64,000 nucleotides of DNA from an uncultured Methanosarcinaceae archaeon (GTDB taxonomy: Archaea; Halobacteriota; Methanosarcinia; Methanosarcinales; Methanosarcinaceae): positions 32,001-96,000 of the forward strand of contig CAWJYV010000008.1 of NCBI GenBank assembly GCA_963847185.1, written 5' to 3'. Below are positions 22,484 through 33,551 of this stretch, piece by piece. The notes beneath the pieces are model-generated. The model was given only the letters and a program-made list of their open reading frames with translations, was not told the origin of the DNA and ran no database searches. How positions within the stretch are numbered: the first letter of the stretch is position 1; each line of letters begins with the position of its first letter. A program made the translations under genes and the position numbers.

Positions 22484-23581
22484 ATGTCCTCTCCGAGCAT
22501 TCCGGTTACCCTAAAAACCGAACACTCTATTAAAGATCGCCTTTACTGGAATTTCCTTAATTTTATCCCCTTTCTTATCGGTTCAATTGCAATTGCCAGA
22601 GATTCGCTCAAATGGGTATCAGTCTACATAGGAATAGCCCTCATTTTCTTTCTTGTTATTGAATTCCGCTTCGTTTGCACTCACTGCCTTTATTATATCC
22701 GGAGTAAGGGCTGCATAAGATGTATGATGCTTCCTGGGGTGCCAAAAATTTTTAAGAACAGGCCAGGTCCCCACAGCCCTTTTGAAAAAGCTATTGCAAC
22801 TCTTGGAGCTCTACCTGTGTTTCTTTTTCCGGTTTACTGGCTTGTCAGGGATCCAATGCTGCTGGGAGCTTATGCAGTTGCCTGGGCACTCTTCTTTTTG
22901 ACTGTCCAGAGATACGAATGCATCAGATGCATTAATTTCGAGTGTCCTGTAAACAGGGTGCCGGCTGAGAGAAGAATAGACTTTGAGAAAAGAAATAACT
23001 ATATTGATAACTTCGGTATTTCAGAAGGAAAATCTCGGGGATCATGTTTAAGCAAATGTGCTTCTCTTAAACTAAAACACGAATTTAAGGATTTTCTCTA
23101 CTGGAATTTTGTAACCCTGATTCTGCTATTCTCGGCTGGAATTTCAATTGGTATTTATTCAACAGGGTGGCTGCTTGCCTACATTTTCTTAGTCTTCTTT
23201 CACTTTAATATTCTGGAGCAGCGTTTTTTCTGCACTCACTGCCCTTACTATCCTAAGGAAGGGAAAAAACTGAGATGCATGATGAATTGGGGCTGGCCGA
23301 AGCATTTCAGACCCAGACCATACCCTCCAGGTAAATTTGATCTTGGAATTACTACTCTGGGGTTCATAGTTGTAATTCTCTTCCCTATTCCCTGGCTTTT
23401 GAAAGAGCCGTTTCTGCTGGGCGCTTATTTAGTTTCGATTTCGGTTTTCTTGCTAACTATATGGCGGTACGAGTGTTCCCATTGTATCTACTTTGGATGT
23501 CCTTTTAACAGGGTTCCGGTTGAAGTGAGGAAGGAATTTGAAGGGAAAAAGATAGTTGAATATGATTTTGGAGATAATTAA
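22484..23581 (+). CDS. Membrane protein with two tandem Cys-rich 4-TM repeats (unknown function); probably leaderless
   Basis: Two copies of H..KD.LYWNF / RF.CTHC.YY / YEC..CI.F.CP.NRVP.E; TTTATA at 22452 lies ~30 nt before ATG22484. Confidence 0.75.
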   Translation: MSSPSIPVTLKTEHSIKDRLYWNFLNFIPFLIGSIAIARDSLKWVSVYIGIALIFFLVIEFRFVCTHCLYYIRSKGCIRCMMLPGVPKIFKNRPGPHSPFEKAIATLGALPVFLFPVYWLVRDPMLLGAYAVAWALFFLTVQRYECIRCINFECPVNRVPAERRIDFEKRNNYIDNFGISEGKSRGSCLSKCASLKLKHEFKDFLYWNFVTLILLFSAGISIGIYSTGWLLAYIFLVFFHFNILEQRFFCTHCPYYPKEGKKLRCMMNWGWPKHFRPRPYPPGKFDLGITTLGFIVVILFPIPWLLKEPFLLGAYLVSISVFLLTIWRYECSHCIYFGCPFNRVPVEVRKEFEGKKIVEYDFGDN

Positions 23582-24632
23582 GGTTTGATTTTGGGAAGGT
23601 CAGAATGTAAATATAAGTTTGGGGAAAATTAAAATTAGTTTATTATCAAATTGATTTCTGTGTCAGTTAGGTAGGTCAGATAAAAATTGAAAAAAGAGAA
23701 ATTAACCTCTTAAATAATAATTGACTCTGTCTGAAAATGCTTTCCATACCGGTTTGTTCCTTTCTTTTTTTGAATAGGGCCATCTAATGTCTGCGTCTCT
23801 GTAAAAGTCTTTTTGGGTTAATTCATTTAATTCAAGCGAAACATTTTTATTCATATTTACGGTAATGAGTTTCCGTAGTTATCCTATTAAATAGGTGACT
23901 GAACTTCTGAAAAGGAGATCCAAGATATGAAAGAAACAACACTGGAGAAATCTCAAAAACCCATTTTACATGGATTTTTGTTAGGCAATGGAATTTGTCA
24001 CTCCCGCTGAAATGAGAGTAATGGGGAGTCTTGGAGTCATCCGCACAACAAAAATTTGAATTAGAAAAATGAACCGGAAAAGGGCATGATAAAAAGGTCA
24101 AAAGTCTGTCAAAGATGTCTTAAATAACCTCTCAAAATCCAACAAATAACCTCAATAAGCTCAAAAATCCAACAAATAACCTCCAACAATTAATAAAAAA
24201 CTGCAGAAAACTAGAGTGGTTATTACCCCTAATAATTCGTTCTAGAAGTTATTTCGCTCAAAAATAACTATAGAAGCCGAATCAATAGAATAAGAAAATA
24301 GCAGCAGATTAATAATTTGTGGATTAATAATTTGCTGAAAATTATTAATTGACCTTTAATCTTTGTGTCCTTTCTGTGTTCAAATTTTCAATTTCTCTTC
24401 TTTTTAGCAGGCACACCTGCAATTGTAATCTTTACATTGAATCGATTTGTGTCTTCTCAAAGAACAATGTCCCTTCTTTAAATGAATAATTGTTCTCTTT
24501 CTGAAATGTCCAATCCAGAATTTGTACTATTTAAAAATGCACTATACGAAACTTTAATCTAAAGTTAGAGAGTAGAACTGGGAGTAGAACTACTTTACAA
24601 AACAAAGTAACTTATATTCATTCAAGGTAAAA

Positions 24633-25442
24633 GTGACAACTATGAAAGCTGCCTGCATCCAGATGAATATCTCCCTTTGCTCAAAGAATGAAAACCTTGA
24701 ACGTGCCCTTATTCTGGCAGAAGAAGCGGTTTTGGAAGGAGCCGAATTACTCGTCTTTCCGGAAGTTTTCTCTACCGGTTTTTGTTATGAGCGAATTGAA
24801 GAAGTGGCTGAAACTGTCTATGGTCCTACCTTCGAAGCTCTTTGCGCCTTTTCAAAAGAACATGACTGTATTCTTGCAGGCTCAATGATTGAAAAAAGAG
24901 AATCAGACGTAATAAACACAGAAAAGCAAATTCCTTCTCAACTCAACCTTGGTTTTTGCATAGAATCCGGAAAAATTGCAGGCCTGCACAGAAAGACTCA
25001 CCTCTATGGTCCTGAAAAAGAACATTTTGCACATGGAGATCAAATAGCTCCTATCAAGCTCCAAAAATATGGACTTACTATAGGGCTCATGGTCTGTAAC
25101 GAACTCCGCTACCCTGAAGTTGCAAGAAAACTGGCTCTTGAAGGAGCTGATATTCTGGTTTCTGCTGCCGAAATCCCAGATTTTTTCATAAACTCCTGGA
25201 GGACTATCTCACTTGCCAGGGCAATTGAAAATGAAATTCCGCATATTGCCTGTAACCGTGTAGGAAGAGACAAGTATTCCACTTATCCCGGGTGTTCTTT
25301 TATCGCAGATGGCTGGGGCCGTATTCTGGCAGAAACCTGGAAAGGTGAATGCGCCCTTATAGGTGAAATTGATCTTGATGAAGCAAGAGAAATGAAGAAA
25401 ACTACTTCGATTTTTGAAGGTCGGAGACCTGAACTCTATTGA
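24633..25442 (+). CDS. Carbon-nitrogen hydrolase (nitrilase family)
   Basis: FPE, HRKTHL and VCNELRYPE catalytic Glu-Lys-Cys triad, RAIEN. Confidence 0.92.
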   Translation: MTTMKAACIQMNISLCSKNENLERALILAEEAVLEGAELLVFPEVFSTGFCYERIEEVAETVYGPTFEALCAFSKEHDCILAGSMIEKRESDVINTEKQIPSQLNLGFCIESGKIAGLHRKTHLYGPEKEHFAHGDQIAPIKLQKYGLTIGLMVCNELRYPEVARKLALEGADILVSAAEIPDFFINSWRTISLARAIENEIPHIACNRVGRDKYSTYPGCSFIADGWGRILAETWKGECALIGEIDLDEAREMKKTTSIFEGRRPELY

Positions 25443-25632
25443 TTAATCTCTATTGGTGTATTTTATAGATCAGCTCGATCTACACAAAACCAGAGTGTAA
25501 AAAGTGTATCTTGAGAGCGCGAATTCCTGTTAGATAAGTGAAAAATAAATATGAAAAAAGTTTAATAAAGTCTAAAAAATTTATTAAAAAAGCAAACTAA
25601 GAAAAAAATTGAAAAAGGTGAACCCTGAAGGG

Positions 25633-27120
25633 TTATCCTTTCAATTCTTTCAAAATCAGTTCGCGTGCAGTTTTTGCATCTGCTGTGCCTTTTGTCTTCT
25701 GCATGACCTTGCCTACAAGGAAGTTCAGGGATTTTTCCGCACCTCCAAGGTAGTCCTGGACTGCTGCTGCATTTTCGGCTATTGCTTCGGCAACTGCTTT
25801 TGTTACCAGATCGTCTTCGGCTTTGAAAAGGCTTTTTTCTTCGATAATCTGGGATGGTGTATTTTCTTCCTTGCCGTCCAGAATACTGCGGATAACTTCA
25901 ACTGAAGCTCTGTCACTGATTTTACCTTCTGAAAAGAGGGTAACCAGTTCTACCATATCCGAGACTTTAAAGGAGTTTTCTATTTCCGGATCTTTAGTGT
26001 GGATAAAGCTGATCTTTTTCCCGTCATAAGAGGAAATCTCAAGGTCACGGTAATTTAACTCTCCGAGGAAGACATCAGCGGTCCAGGTAGCTGCAGTCTT
26101 TGGGTCAATACCTTCTGCGCAAACACTTTCGTAGAAATCAGCGAGCATGATCTTGGACGTGAGGGCTCTTGCATGCATATCCGTGATGCCGTACTGATCT
26201 ACGAAACGTGCACGCTTTGCATCCGGAAGTTCAGGCAAAGTCTCTCTAACTCCGGGAACCCATCCAGCTACACGCATTGGCATAAGATCCGGTTCGCGGA
26301 AGTAGCGGTAGTCTTCTGCCTCTTCTTTTGTCCTCATTGAGAGCGTTACTCCCCTGCCCTCGTCGAAGTGGCGTGTCTCCTGCACGATTTTTCCGCCGCG
26401 GCGTATCACGTTCTTCTGGCGCATGATCTCGTAGAGAAGAGCTCTTTCAACTCCTTTATGGGATGAGATATTTTTGATTTCAACACGAGTGCCCCAGTAA
26501 ACCGAGACGTTTGCATCCACACGCATTGCTCCCTCAAGATTGCCGTCAAAAACGTCAAGATATTCAAGAATATTCCTGAACTTGTCAAGGAAACGCCTTG
26601 CTTCCTTGGGGGTGCGCATATCAGGTTCCGTAACAGTTTCTATCAGGGACATGCCTGATCTGTTGTAATCTATAAGAACACCTTTGGACTTTTCAATGCT
26701 TCCAATGTGCACAAGTTTTCCAGGGTCTTCTTCCATATGGGCTCTTGTGATCCCTACAACGTGTTCCCCATCTTCTCCTTCAATCACTACTTTTCCCTTG
26801 CCTACTATGGGAAAATCATACTGGGTGACCTGGAAACCTTTGGGAAGGTCAGGATAGAAGTAGTTCTTTCTGTGGAACTGAGTCTCTTCTGCAATTTCCC
26901 CTTCAAGGGCAAGTCCGATCTTAATTGCAGCTTCCACAGCTTTTTTGTTCAGAACCGGAAGCGATCCAGGAAGGCCCAGACAAATCGGACAGGTGTGGGT
27001 ATTTGGAGCTGCGTTGTGGTAATCAGTAGAACATCCGCAAAACATCTTTGTCTTAAGTTTGTTAAGCTGGACGTGGATTTCAAGCCCTATCCTTATACCG
27101 TCAGGATTTTCATAGACCAT
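25633..27120 (-). CDS. gatB: Asp/Glu-tRNA amidotransferase subunit B
   Basis: IGLEIHVQL, RKNYFYPDLPK, DYRYFREPD. Confidence 0.98.
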   Translation of the reverse strand: MVYENPDGIRIGLEIHVQLNKLKTKMFCGCSTDYHNAAPNTHTCPICLGLPGSLPVLNKKAVEAAIKIGLALEGEIAEETQFHRKNYFYPDLPKGFQVTQYDFPIVGKGKVVIEGEDGEHVVGITRAHMEEDPGKLVHIGSIEKSKGVLIDYNRSGMSLIETVTEPDMRTPKEARRFLDKFRNILEYLDVFDGNLEGAMRVDANVSVYWGTRVEIKNISSHKGVERALLYEIMRQKNVIRRGGKIVQETRHFDEGRGVTLSMRTKEEAEDYRYFREPDLMPMRVAGWVPGVRETLPELPDAKRARFVDQYGITDMHARALTSKIMLADFYESVCAEGIDPKTAATWTADVFLGELNYRDLEISSYDGKKISFIHTKDPEIENSFKVSDMVELVTLFSEGKISDRASVEVIRSILDGKEENTPSQIIEEKSLFKAEDDLVTKAVAEAIAENAAAVQDYLGGAEKSLNFLVGKVMQKTKGTADAKTARELILKELKG

Positions 27121-28548
27121 TTATTCCACCTCTGGGGGTCTCTTTGTGTGGTAATCGGTATTCTGCTCGAAAGTGTAGGCTGCACGAAGGACAGTTGGCT
27201 CGTCAAAGGGCTTGCCCATAATCTGCAGTCCTATCGGAAGGCCTTCAGTAAAGCCGCAGGGTACTGAAATTGAAGGTACGCCTGCAAGGTTTATGGGGCA
27301 GGTATTGACATCCGAGAGGTAAAGGGTGAGAGGATCTTCAATTTTCTCTCCTATTTTGAAAGCAGGATTTGGCATGGTCGGAGCCATGAGCATGTCAACT
27401 TTTGAAAGGGCTTTATCAAAGTCCTGTTTCACAAGGGTTCTTATTTTCAGGGCTTTTAAGTAGTATTTGTCGTGATAGCCTGCAGAAAGCGCATAAGTTC
27501 CCAGAAGAATTCTTCTTTTCACTTCCGTGCCGAACCCATCAGCTCTGATCTTTGAAACCATGGAATGCCAGTTTTCCCCGCTCTCTCTAAATCCATAACG
27601 AGTTCCGTCAAAACGGGCAAGGTTCGAGGACGCTTCACTCATTGCAATGATATAATATGAGGCAAGGGCGTACTTTATATGAGGCATGGAAACCTCTTCC
27701 CAGGTAGCTCCAAGACTTTCGCATTTGTGTATAGCGTTCCATACTGCTTTATCAACATCCGGGTGAATGCCTTCACCAAAGAATTCTTTCGGAACCCCTA
27801 TTTTCAGGCCTTTTACATCGTCAACCAGAGCTTTCTGGTATTCTATTTTACTGTCAATGGATGTGGAGTCTCTTTGGTCATATCCGGCTATAACATCCAT
27901 GAGTACTGCGATGTCTGTCACATTGTTTGCAAGAGGCCCTATCTGTTCAAGGGAGTTTGCGTAAGCTACCACCCCATATCTGGAAACTGCTCCATAAGTC
28001 GGTTTAAGCCCGACAACACCACAGAAAGCTGCAGGACAGCGTACGGACCCCCCGGTATCAGAACCAAGAGCAAAAGGAGCCTCTCCTGCTGCAACTACTG
28101 CAGCACTGCCTCCTGAAGACCCACCAGGTACTCTTTCAAGGTCCCAGGGATTTGCAGTAGGTCCAAAGTGGCTGGTTTCTGTTGACGATCCCATTGCAAA
28201 CTCATCCATGTTGGTTTTTCCAAGGATTACTGCGCCTGCAGCAAGAAGTTTCTCAATAACATGGGCATTGAATGGAGGAACATATCCCTCAAGGATCTTC
28301 GAACCGCAGCTGTTTGGAAGCCCTACTACAGAGATATTATCTTTAATTGCAATTGGCACTCCTGCAAGAGGACCTTTATGGCCTTCGGAATCGATTTTTT
28401 TAGCCCGCTCAAGGGATTTTTCAGAAACCGTTGTATAGCCATTTATTTTGCTCTTTCCTATAGCCTCAAGGTATTGAGCTGTTACTTCTTCGGCTGAGCT
28501 TTCTTCAATTTTCTGTTTTATCTGTGCAACACTCATCCACTTTGCCAT
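27121..28548 (-). CDS. gatA: Asp/Glu-tRNA amidotransferase subunit A
   Basis: Amidase signature [21 protein letters not shown]. Confidence 0.98.
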   Translation of the reverse strand: MAKWMSVAQIKQKIEESSAEEVTAQYLEAIGKSKINGYTTVSEKSLERAKKIDSEGHKGPLAGVPIAIKDNISVVGLPNSCGSKILEGYVPPFNAHVIEKLLAAGAVILGKTNMDEFAMGSSTETSHFGPTANPWDLERVPGGSSGGSAAVVAAGEAPFALGSDTGGSVRCPAAFCGVVGLKPTYGAVSRYGVVAYANSLEQIGPLANNVTDIAVLMDVIAGYDQRDSTSIDSKIEYQKALVDDVKGLKIGVPKEFFGEGIHPDVDKAVWNAIHKCESLGATWEEVSMPHIKYALASYYIIAMSEASSNLARFDGTRYGFRESGENWHSMVSKIRADGFGTEVKRRILLGTYALSAGYHDKYYLKALKIRTLVKQDFDKALSKVDMLMAPTMPNPAFKIGEKIEDPLTLYLSDVNTCPINLAGVPSISVPCGFTEGLPIGLQIMGKPFDEPTVLRAAYTFEQNTDYHTKRPPEVE

Positions 28549-28559
28549 TTAAAATCCCC

Positions 28560-28841
28560 TCAGCCGATTTTCGGGACTCTGAAGTACCCGTCCTGTTTGT
28601 GTTCGGTATTTGCAAGAACAACTTCCTGCGGAAGAGATTCTTCCACCACATCCTCCCTGAACACGTTATAGATCTCAGCCACGTGATATGTGGGAGCCAC
28701 ATCTTCGGTAGGCAGCTCGTCAAGCTGTCCGAAGTACCCCAATACTGAATTAAGTTTTTCCATATATTCGACTGTCTCCTTTTCGCTAATCTCGATGCGA
28801 GCAAGCCAGCCGATATGTTCTACATCTTCTTTTGTGATCAT
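28560..28841 (-). CDS. gatC: Asp/Glu-tRNA amidotransferase subunit C
   Basis: ITKEDVEHIGWLAR, NVFRED, GYFRVPK; first gene of gatCAB. Confidence 0.96.
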   Translation of the reverse strand: MITKEDVEHIGWLARIEISEKETVEYMEKLNSVLGYFGQLDELPTEDVAPTYHVAEIYNVFREDVVEESLPQEVVLANTEHKQDGYFRVPKIG

Positions 28842-29189
28842 GAGAATTCCTCAAAAATAGAATAATTCTGAGTTGAATGCCATTGGCAACTGCATAATAG
28901 AAGCAGGCTAATGAAATAAATATATATTCTTCTTATCTCTGTGAGAGGATAAGTTAGAAGGGGTTTTTAATACTATTTAATGTAGTATCTTCTTCATTTT
29001 ATATTGGACACTGGTGATATCTTTTAACCTTTTAAGTTTTATATTGGAGTGTCAACCTTGAATACAATTATCAATCTTTTTTAAAAGTTTCAAATGTTAT
29101 TGATAACTCAGCTATCTTTAATCTTAACCTGTTTTTCTAGTACATTCAATTCTGATCATTTTCACATTTAACTAAAAATATGTTTTTGC

Positions 29190-29460
29190 AACTACCTTCT
29201 CCAAATGGACTGCAATGGAAGGTATAGTACTCAATCAGTTTAAGATAAAGGTAAGAGCTGACATGAATCTAAGCGCGAGTTTTGGAATTTTTCAAGAACC
29301 TTCAATTCCTATTTACGGTTTTATTAGATTCGAGATTTTAGTTGATTCAGGAATGAGCATAGAAGAAATCCAGAAATTTAGTGAGATAACAAAGCAGCGA
29401 TGCTCGTGCTATTACTGTTTGACTACCGTAATTATTCTCGAAATCGTTTTACAGATGTAA
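29190..29460 (+). pseudogene. Probable 5'-truncated OsmC/Ohr-family remnant
   Basis: TTFSKWTAMEGIVL...IRFEILVDS...KQRCSCYYCL resembles the C-terminal half of the OsmC fold; no N-terminal half visible. Confidence 0.4.
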
Positions 29461-29503
29461 ATCAGGAAGTTTAAATCAGGTGTGTTTACTTATTTTTTCC
29501 TCA

Positions 29504-29565
29504 CCCGAGTTTCGCTTCGGGAGCACGAAGTCCTTTTCCCTCGCTTCGCTCGCTCAAGAGGACTA
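29504..29565. repeat. GC-rich palindromic REP-like element
   Basis: CCCGAG-TTTCG-CTTCGGG hairpin and AGTCCTTTT...AAGAGGACT stem enclosing CTCGCTTCGCTCGCTC, in AT-rich DNA. Confidence 0.5.
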
Positions 29566-29686
29566 ACTTCTGGCTTAGAGTCCTGTTCAGCTCTTTGAAC
29601 CGCTTTCGGGATCAGAGATTCTTTTCTCTGAGGAGGACGAATAGGCGCAGAAAATTATCGAGCTTCTATTATGCGGAGTAAAAAAG

Positions 29687-29725
29687 ATGAGCAAGAGACT
29701 TGAGAATAAATAATCTCTTGCTCAT
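29687..29725. terminator. Inverted repeat downstream of the FrhB-like gene
   Basis: ATGAGCAAGAGA...TCTCTTGCTCAT 12-bp stem with A-runs on both sides. Confidence 0.55.
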
Positions 29726-29757
29726 GAAAAATCTTTTTGTCTATTTTTTATTCTATC

Positions 29758-30921
29758 TTATGATTTCTCTCTTCTGTGGAGATCGTACATCTGGACTTTT
29801 TTCATTTTTGCCAGGTTGAGTACTCTTTCAAGTTCGTTGTCAGTAAGTTGACGGGCCTCAATGTAGCCGTTGTCTACGGCTTCGTTAAAGATTTCGTATC
29901 CTATGGATGAGCGGGTTAGAACTGTGGTCCAGCCCTTTGGGCTTCCAACTCCACCGAATGAGATGTCTGAGTTTTCGGCGGTGAGGTCAGTGCAGAAACG
30001 GCAGGAAGAGCTTCTGTATTCATCAAAGTCACTGAGTTCGAAGATGTGTTCTTTTCCGTCTTTGAGAGTGACTTCAAACTTTCCTTTCCGGATTTTCATA
30101 GCATCTACGTTTTCGAGTGTGATTCCATAGCTTTCAAGCACGGTTTTGATGCCTTCATATGAAAAGGTGTCCATGCAAAAGAGGCCCAGTTTGAGAACCC
30201 TTGCGCGCATAAAAAGGTGCAGGAAGCCATAGGAACTTTTCTGCATTTTTGTGACGGCATCTATGTTGCAGCTGGTTCCTACAAAGGCAATGCTGTTCAT
30301 TCCCTGTTTGACTGCGCTCATGAGGGCTTCAAGCGTCATTGAATGGGAATAGACGCTGCCGCTGCTTTCAAGAATCTCTTCCCTAGTTTTTGCTACAATT
30401 GGAACTGGTTTCCAGGGTTCTTCTTTTGAGCGGGTTGTAACTACAGCAGAGTCGATCAGTCCTTCATCCAGGCCATAAAGGAGGAGAGAGGTTACAACTC
30501 CCCCATCCTGACCCTTTATTTCAGGAATAGCTGATCTTGCAGCATATGCAAACCGGAAACTTCCAACGAGTCCCTCTTCTGTGGTGATGGTTCTTGGACA
30601 CTGGTAGTAACAGACTCCACAGGCTTTACAGGGGCCAACCAGTTTTGGTGCTCCATTCTCAATGGTTATGTACTCGCAGCTTGCTGCACAGGCTCCGCAG
30701 AGAGTGCAAATGCCTGGTTTTATAATATCTTTTTTAAGTTTTCCAAAGGAAATCTTTTCTTTTTCACTAAGGGTTCTTTTGAGTCGAATTACACTTTTCT
30801 CCAGTACATCGAATTTCTGTTTGCATTCGGGACTGCAGAAATAATATTTTTTTCCCCCGTAATCCGAAACGTATTCCGTATTGTTAGATATAATCTTCTT
30901 GCAAATGGGATCCAGTGGCAT
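29758..30921 (-). CDS. F420-binding FrhB/FpoF-family protein with N-terminal YHS/TRASH domain and 2x[4Fe-4S] ferredoxin
   Basis: DPIC...YYFCSPEC; CTLCGACAASC and CKACGVCYYQCP; GQDGGVVT, GLFC, CRFCTD, DISFGGVG. Confidence 0.88.
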   Translation of the reverse strand: MPLDPICKKIISNNTEYVSDYGGKKYYFCSPECKQKFDVLEKSVIRLKRTLSEKEKISFGKLKKDIIKPGICTLCGACAASCEYITIENGAPKLVGPCKACGVCYYQCPRTITTEEGLVGSFRFAYAARSAIPEIKGQDGGVVTSLLLYGLDEGLIDSAVVTTRSKEEPWKPVPIVAKTREEILESSGSVYSHSMTLEALMSAVKQGMNSIAFVGTSCNIDAVTKMQKSSYGFLHLFMRARVLKLGLFCMDTFSYEGIKTVLESYGITLENVDAMKIRKGKFEVTLKDGKEHIFELSDFDEYRSSSCRFCTDLTAENSDISFGGVGSPKGWTTVLTRSSIGYEIFNEAVDNGYIEARQLTDNELERVLNLAKMKKVQMYDLHRREKS

Positions 30922-31685
30922 TAAAGGCCTCCGATGCAGATTAAACGAAAACTTCAGAGATTATTACCGGATGAGATATTTTCAGAATGAATATGATGTC
31001 AGCCTTAAAGGGTTTTGAATATCTCTATCAAATGTATATACATCTTTTTATAGTTGTATTCTTTATAATTTATACTCTTATAATTATGTACTATAATTTA
31101 TCCTTATGGGTATTTATAGGGCTTCTTCTGGAAGTGATACTTTTGGGTAAACATTTCCCATAAAATAAACTTGAGCGTATGAAAAATGAGTGCTAAAGGC
31201 AGACCGATAAATTGAACCAGTAAATCTGAACTAAATAAAAAAAGTTATTTCAAATCTGAAAGTCTGATTCATTTTCGCTAGGCATGAGTATAATAACATA
31301 TGCAGAAAAAATATGTAAATGTTGTAAATAATGATAAAGATTAAAATATGAATCAAATTAAAATATGAATTAAATTAAAATCGATGTTAATTGCCTATTT
31401 GAAATATTTTAGCAAAGGTTAATTATAGGCTTTGCTAAATAGTTCCTTTAAACTTCTAATAAAATATCCTCTTGTCTGAACTTTTTTTAGAGTTCTTAAG
31501 AGATTGCCTCCCCCTAAACATTCCAATGTTCAAACATTAGTTCTTATGTAACAAAGCGGCTCACTCTGCTTACTTCAGCGTAGCCTGTAATTTTCAAATA
31601 GGCCTGAATATCTTCAGATTAAACTCATGAAATAATTCGTTTTAAAATTGAATTTTATATACAGATCCTCAGGAAGGAATTAAAA

Positions 31686-33119
31686 ATGGCTTTGAAACCT
31701 AGAATTACAGAATCTCCTCAGGTTCGTTTGATTGACCTTAAGTCAAAACCTTTCTTTATAGTAGCTTCCGTAGAAGTCGGAAATACTACTACTAAATCCA
31801 TCCTTACGGCTACAAACATGGATACCGGCAGGACCCATATTATTAATAAAGTCGTGAGGATGACCAGAGATGTTCGCCCTCCCAAGCCTGGAGAGATCGT
31901 ATTCGGAAAAACTCTTACGGGTGTGGAACTTACCCGCGAGGGTGTTGCGGAACTTGTGAGAAGCACCCTGACCGAATCAATGGAAAAAGCCAGTCTGGAC
32001 ATAAAAACCGATCTGAATTTTGTTGTTCGCTCTACCGGAGTAGTCGCAGGTTTTGATTCTCCGGAAGAAGTAGGTGAATTCATAAAAGCTCTGGCAGACG
32101 GTTGTCTCATGGCAGGAGTCCCTCCAAAGAATATGACTCCACCGATGTCCATCTTGAATATCTCTAAAAAACTCCAGAAATACAGTAAGCTGGAAAAAGT
32201 AATTTTTGATGGGGCTGTAGCAAGTGTAGTACCACCTATAGGTTCCACTGGGGTTGAAATTGTTGCAAATGAAATGGAAGGAGAGCTCGCAACAGCAGGA
32301 ATTAAAGAAGCAGCCAAGCTTACAGATGTTGATTTTAGGAATCCCTGCATTTCAATTGACTTTGGGACAACTCTTGACGGCAGGATCACAAGTACTGATC
32401 AGCCGTATGCAAAAACAATAGGAAACTTCTGCGGCTATGCTGGGGCAATTCCCGATGCTATTATCCGGGGATCAAAGATAGTGGATTCCAAAGTCGGAAC
32501 TGCTCTTGAAATTTTTGAAAAACAAAAACCACCTTCTTTCCTTACCTTGAAAATGAAGGCCAAAGCGATTGAAGAATACGCAAAACGTATTCATGAACTC
32601 ATTATCATAGAAAAGGTTCCAAAAAACAGGAAAAGATATGGAAGTGTACCTGTAAGACCAGATGCTGCCGAGGAATTGGGTGTGATTCTTATAGGTTGCG
32701 ATGTAGGTGAGAACGGTACCGATATGGGTAAGCTCAGTGCTATTGGTATGGAAATTTGTAAAAATCACGGTCTTCCGATTGTTTACGCTGTAATTGACGA
32801 GGTAATGGCAGGGGTAGTCTGCAGGCTGATTAAAGTCGCAAAAGAAGAGAATCTCGTTTTTGAAGACACAACGATCGGAATTACAGGCAGGGCAGGCATT
32901 ACAGGGAACAAACCCAAACTGATCCTGAAGTGCCTGGACGAAATGAACATTGCTCCGAAAATAGATGAACGTGTTGTTTTTGTCGATGACGGGCTTGCCA
33001 GAGGTGCAGCCGTGATGGCTCGATGCATGAATTCTCTGGGCTCGCCACAAAATCCTCTAGGCGGCAGACATGGAGGAAAATGCATTCTTGCTCAAAGGAT
33101 CAAGTTACAGAATAAGTGA
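31686..33119 (+). CDS. Methanogenesis marker protein 14
   Basis: ASVEVGNTTTK, VRSTGVVAGF, ANEMEGELA, DFGTTLDG, DDGLARGAA. Confidence 0.85.
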   Translation: MALKPRITESPQVRLIDLKSKPFFIVASVEVGNTTTKSILTATNMDTGRTHIINKVVRMTRDVRPPKPGEIVFGKTLTGVELTREGVAELVRSTLTESMEKASLDIKTDLNFVVRSTGVVAGFDSPEEVGEFIKALADGCLMAGVPPKNMTPPMSILNISKKLQKYSKLEKVIFDGAVASVVPPIGSTGVEIVANEMEGELATAGIKEAAKLTDVDFRNPCISIDFGTTLDGRITSTDQPYAKTIGNFCGYAGAIPDAIIRGSKIVDSKVGTALEIFEKQKPPSFLTLKMKAKAIEEYAKRIHELIIIEKVPKNRKRYGSVPVRPDAAEELGVILIGCDVGENGTDMGKLSAIGMEICKNHGLPIVYAVIDEVMAGVVCRLIKVAKEENLVFEDTTIGITGRAGITGNKPKLILKCLDEMNIAPKIDERVVFVDDGLARGAAVMARCMNSLGSPQNPLGGRHGGKCILAQRIKLQNK

Positions 33120-33224
33120 TATTTGGAATGAATCTCCAGCAAAACTACTTGCAAACGTAAAGGTAGAGTGTTAAAAAGAAAGACAAAAAGATAAAAGAGA
33201 GTTTGTCAAATGCAGGCAGGGAAA

Positions 33225-33551
33225 TTAACCTCCTGCTCCTCCACCTCCGGCTTTTCCAACATCGAATTGTTGCATTGTTTCTTTTTCTTTTCTGAATCTT
33301 TCTTCCAGCTCTTCTGGGGTAAATTCCCTTTCTTTTTTCTTTTCTTCAGGTTTGATGTCAGTTGGTTCCAGAGTTTCTTCTTTGTACCAGAGATTTGTAC
33401 TTTCGAGCAAAACCCACACTTTTCCCTGATCGTCTTTTTTGATCTCTGTCACGCGGCTTAAGGTGTCACTATTTACGTACTTAACGACATTCCCTATTTT
33501 GATGGTTTTTTTGTTCCGCCCTACCGCTGTGATTACTTCATCTTCAGCCAT
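33225..33551 (-). CDS. DUF2098-family methanogen protein
   Basis: IKIGNVVKYVN...VWVLLESTNLWY, Gly-rich C-terminus; GAGGTGA RBS. Confidence 0.7.
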   Translation of the reverse strand: MAEDEVITAVGRNKKTIKIGNVVKYVNSDTLSRVTEIKKDDQGKVWVLLESTNLWYKEETLEPTDIKPEEKKKEREFTPEELEERFRKEKETMQQFDVGKAGGGGAGG

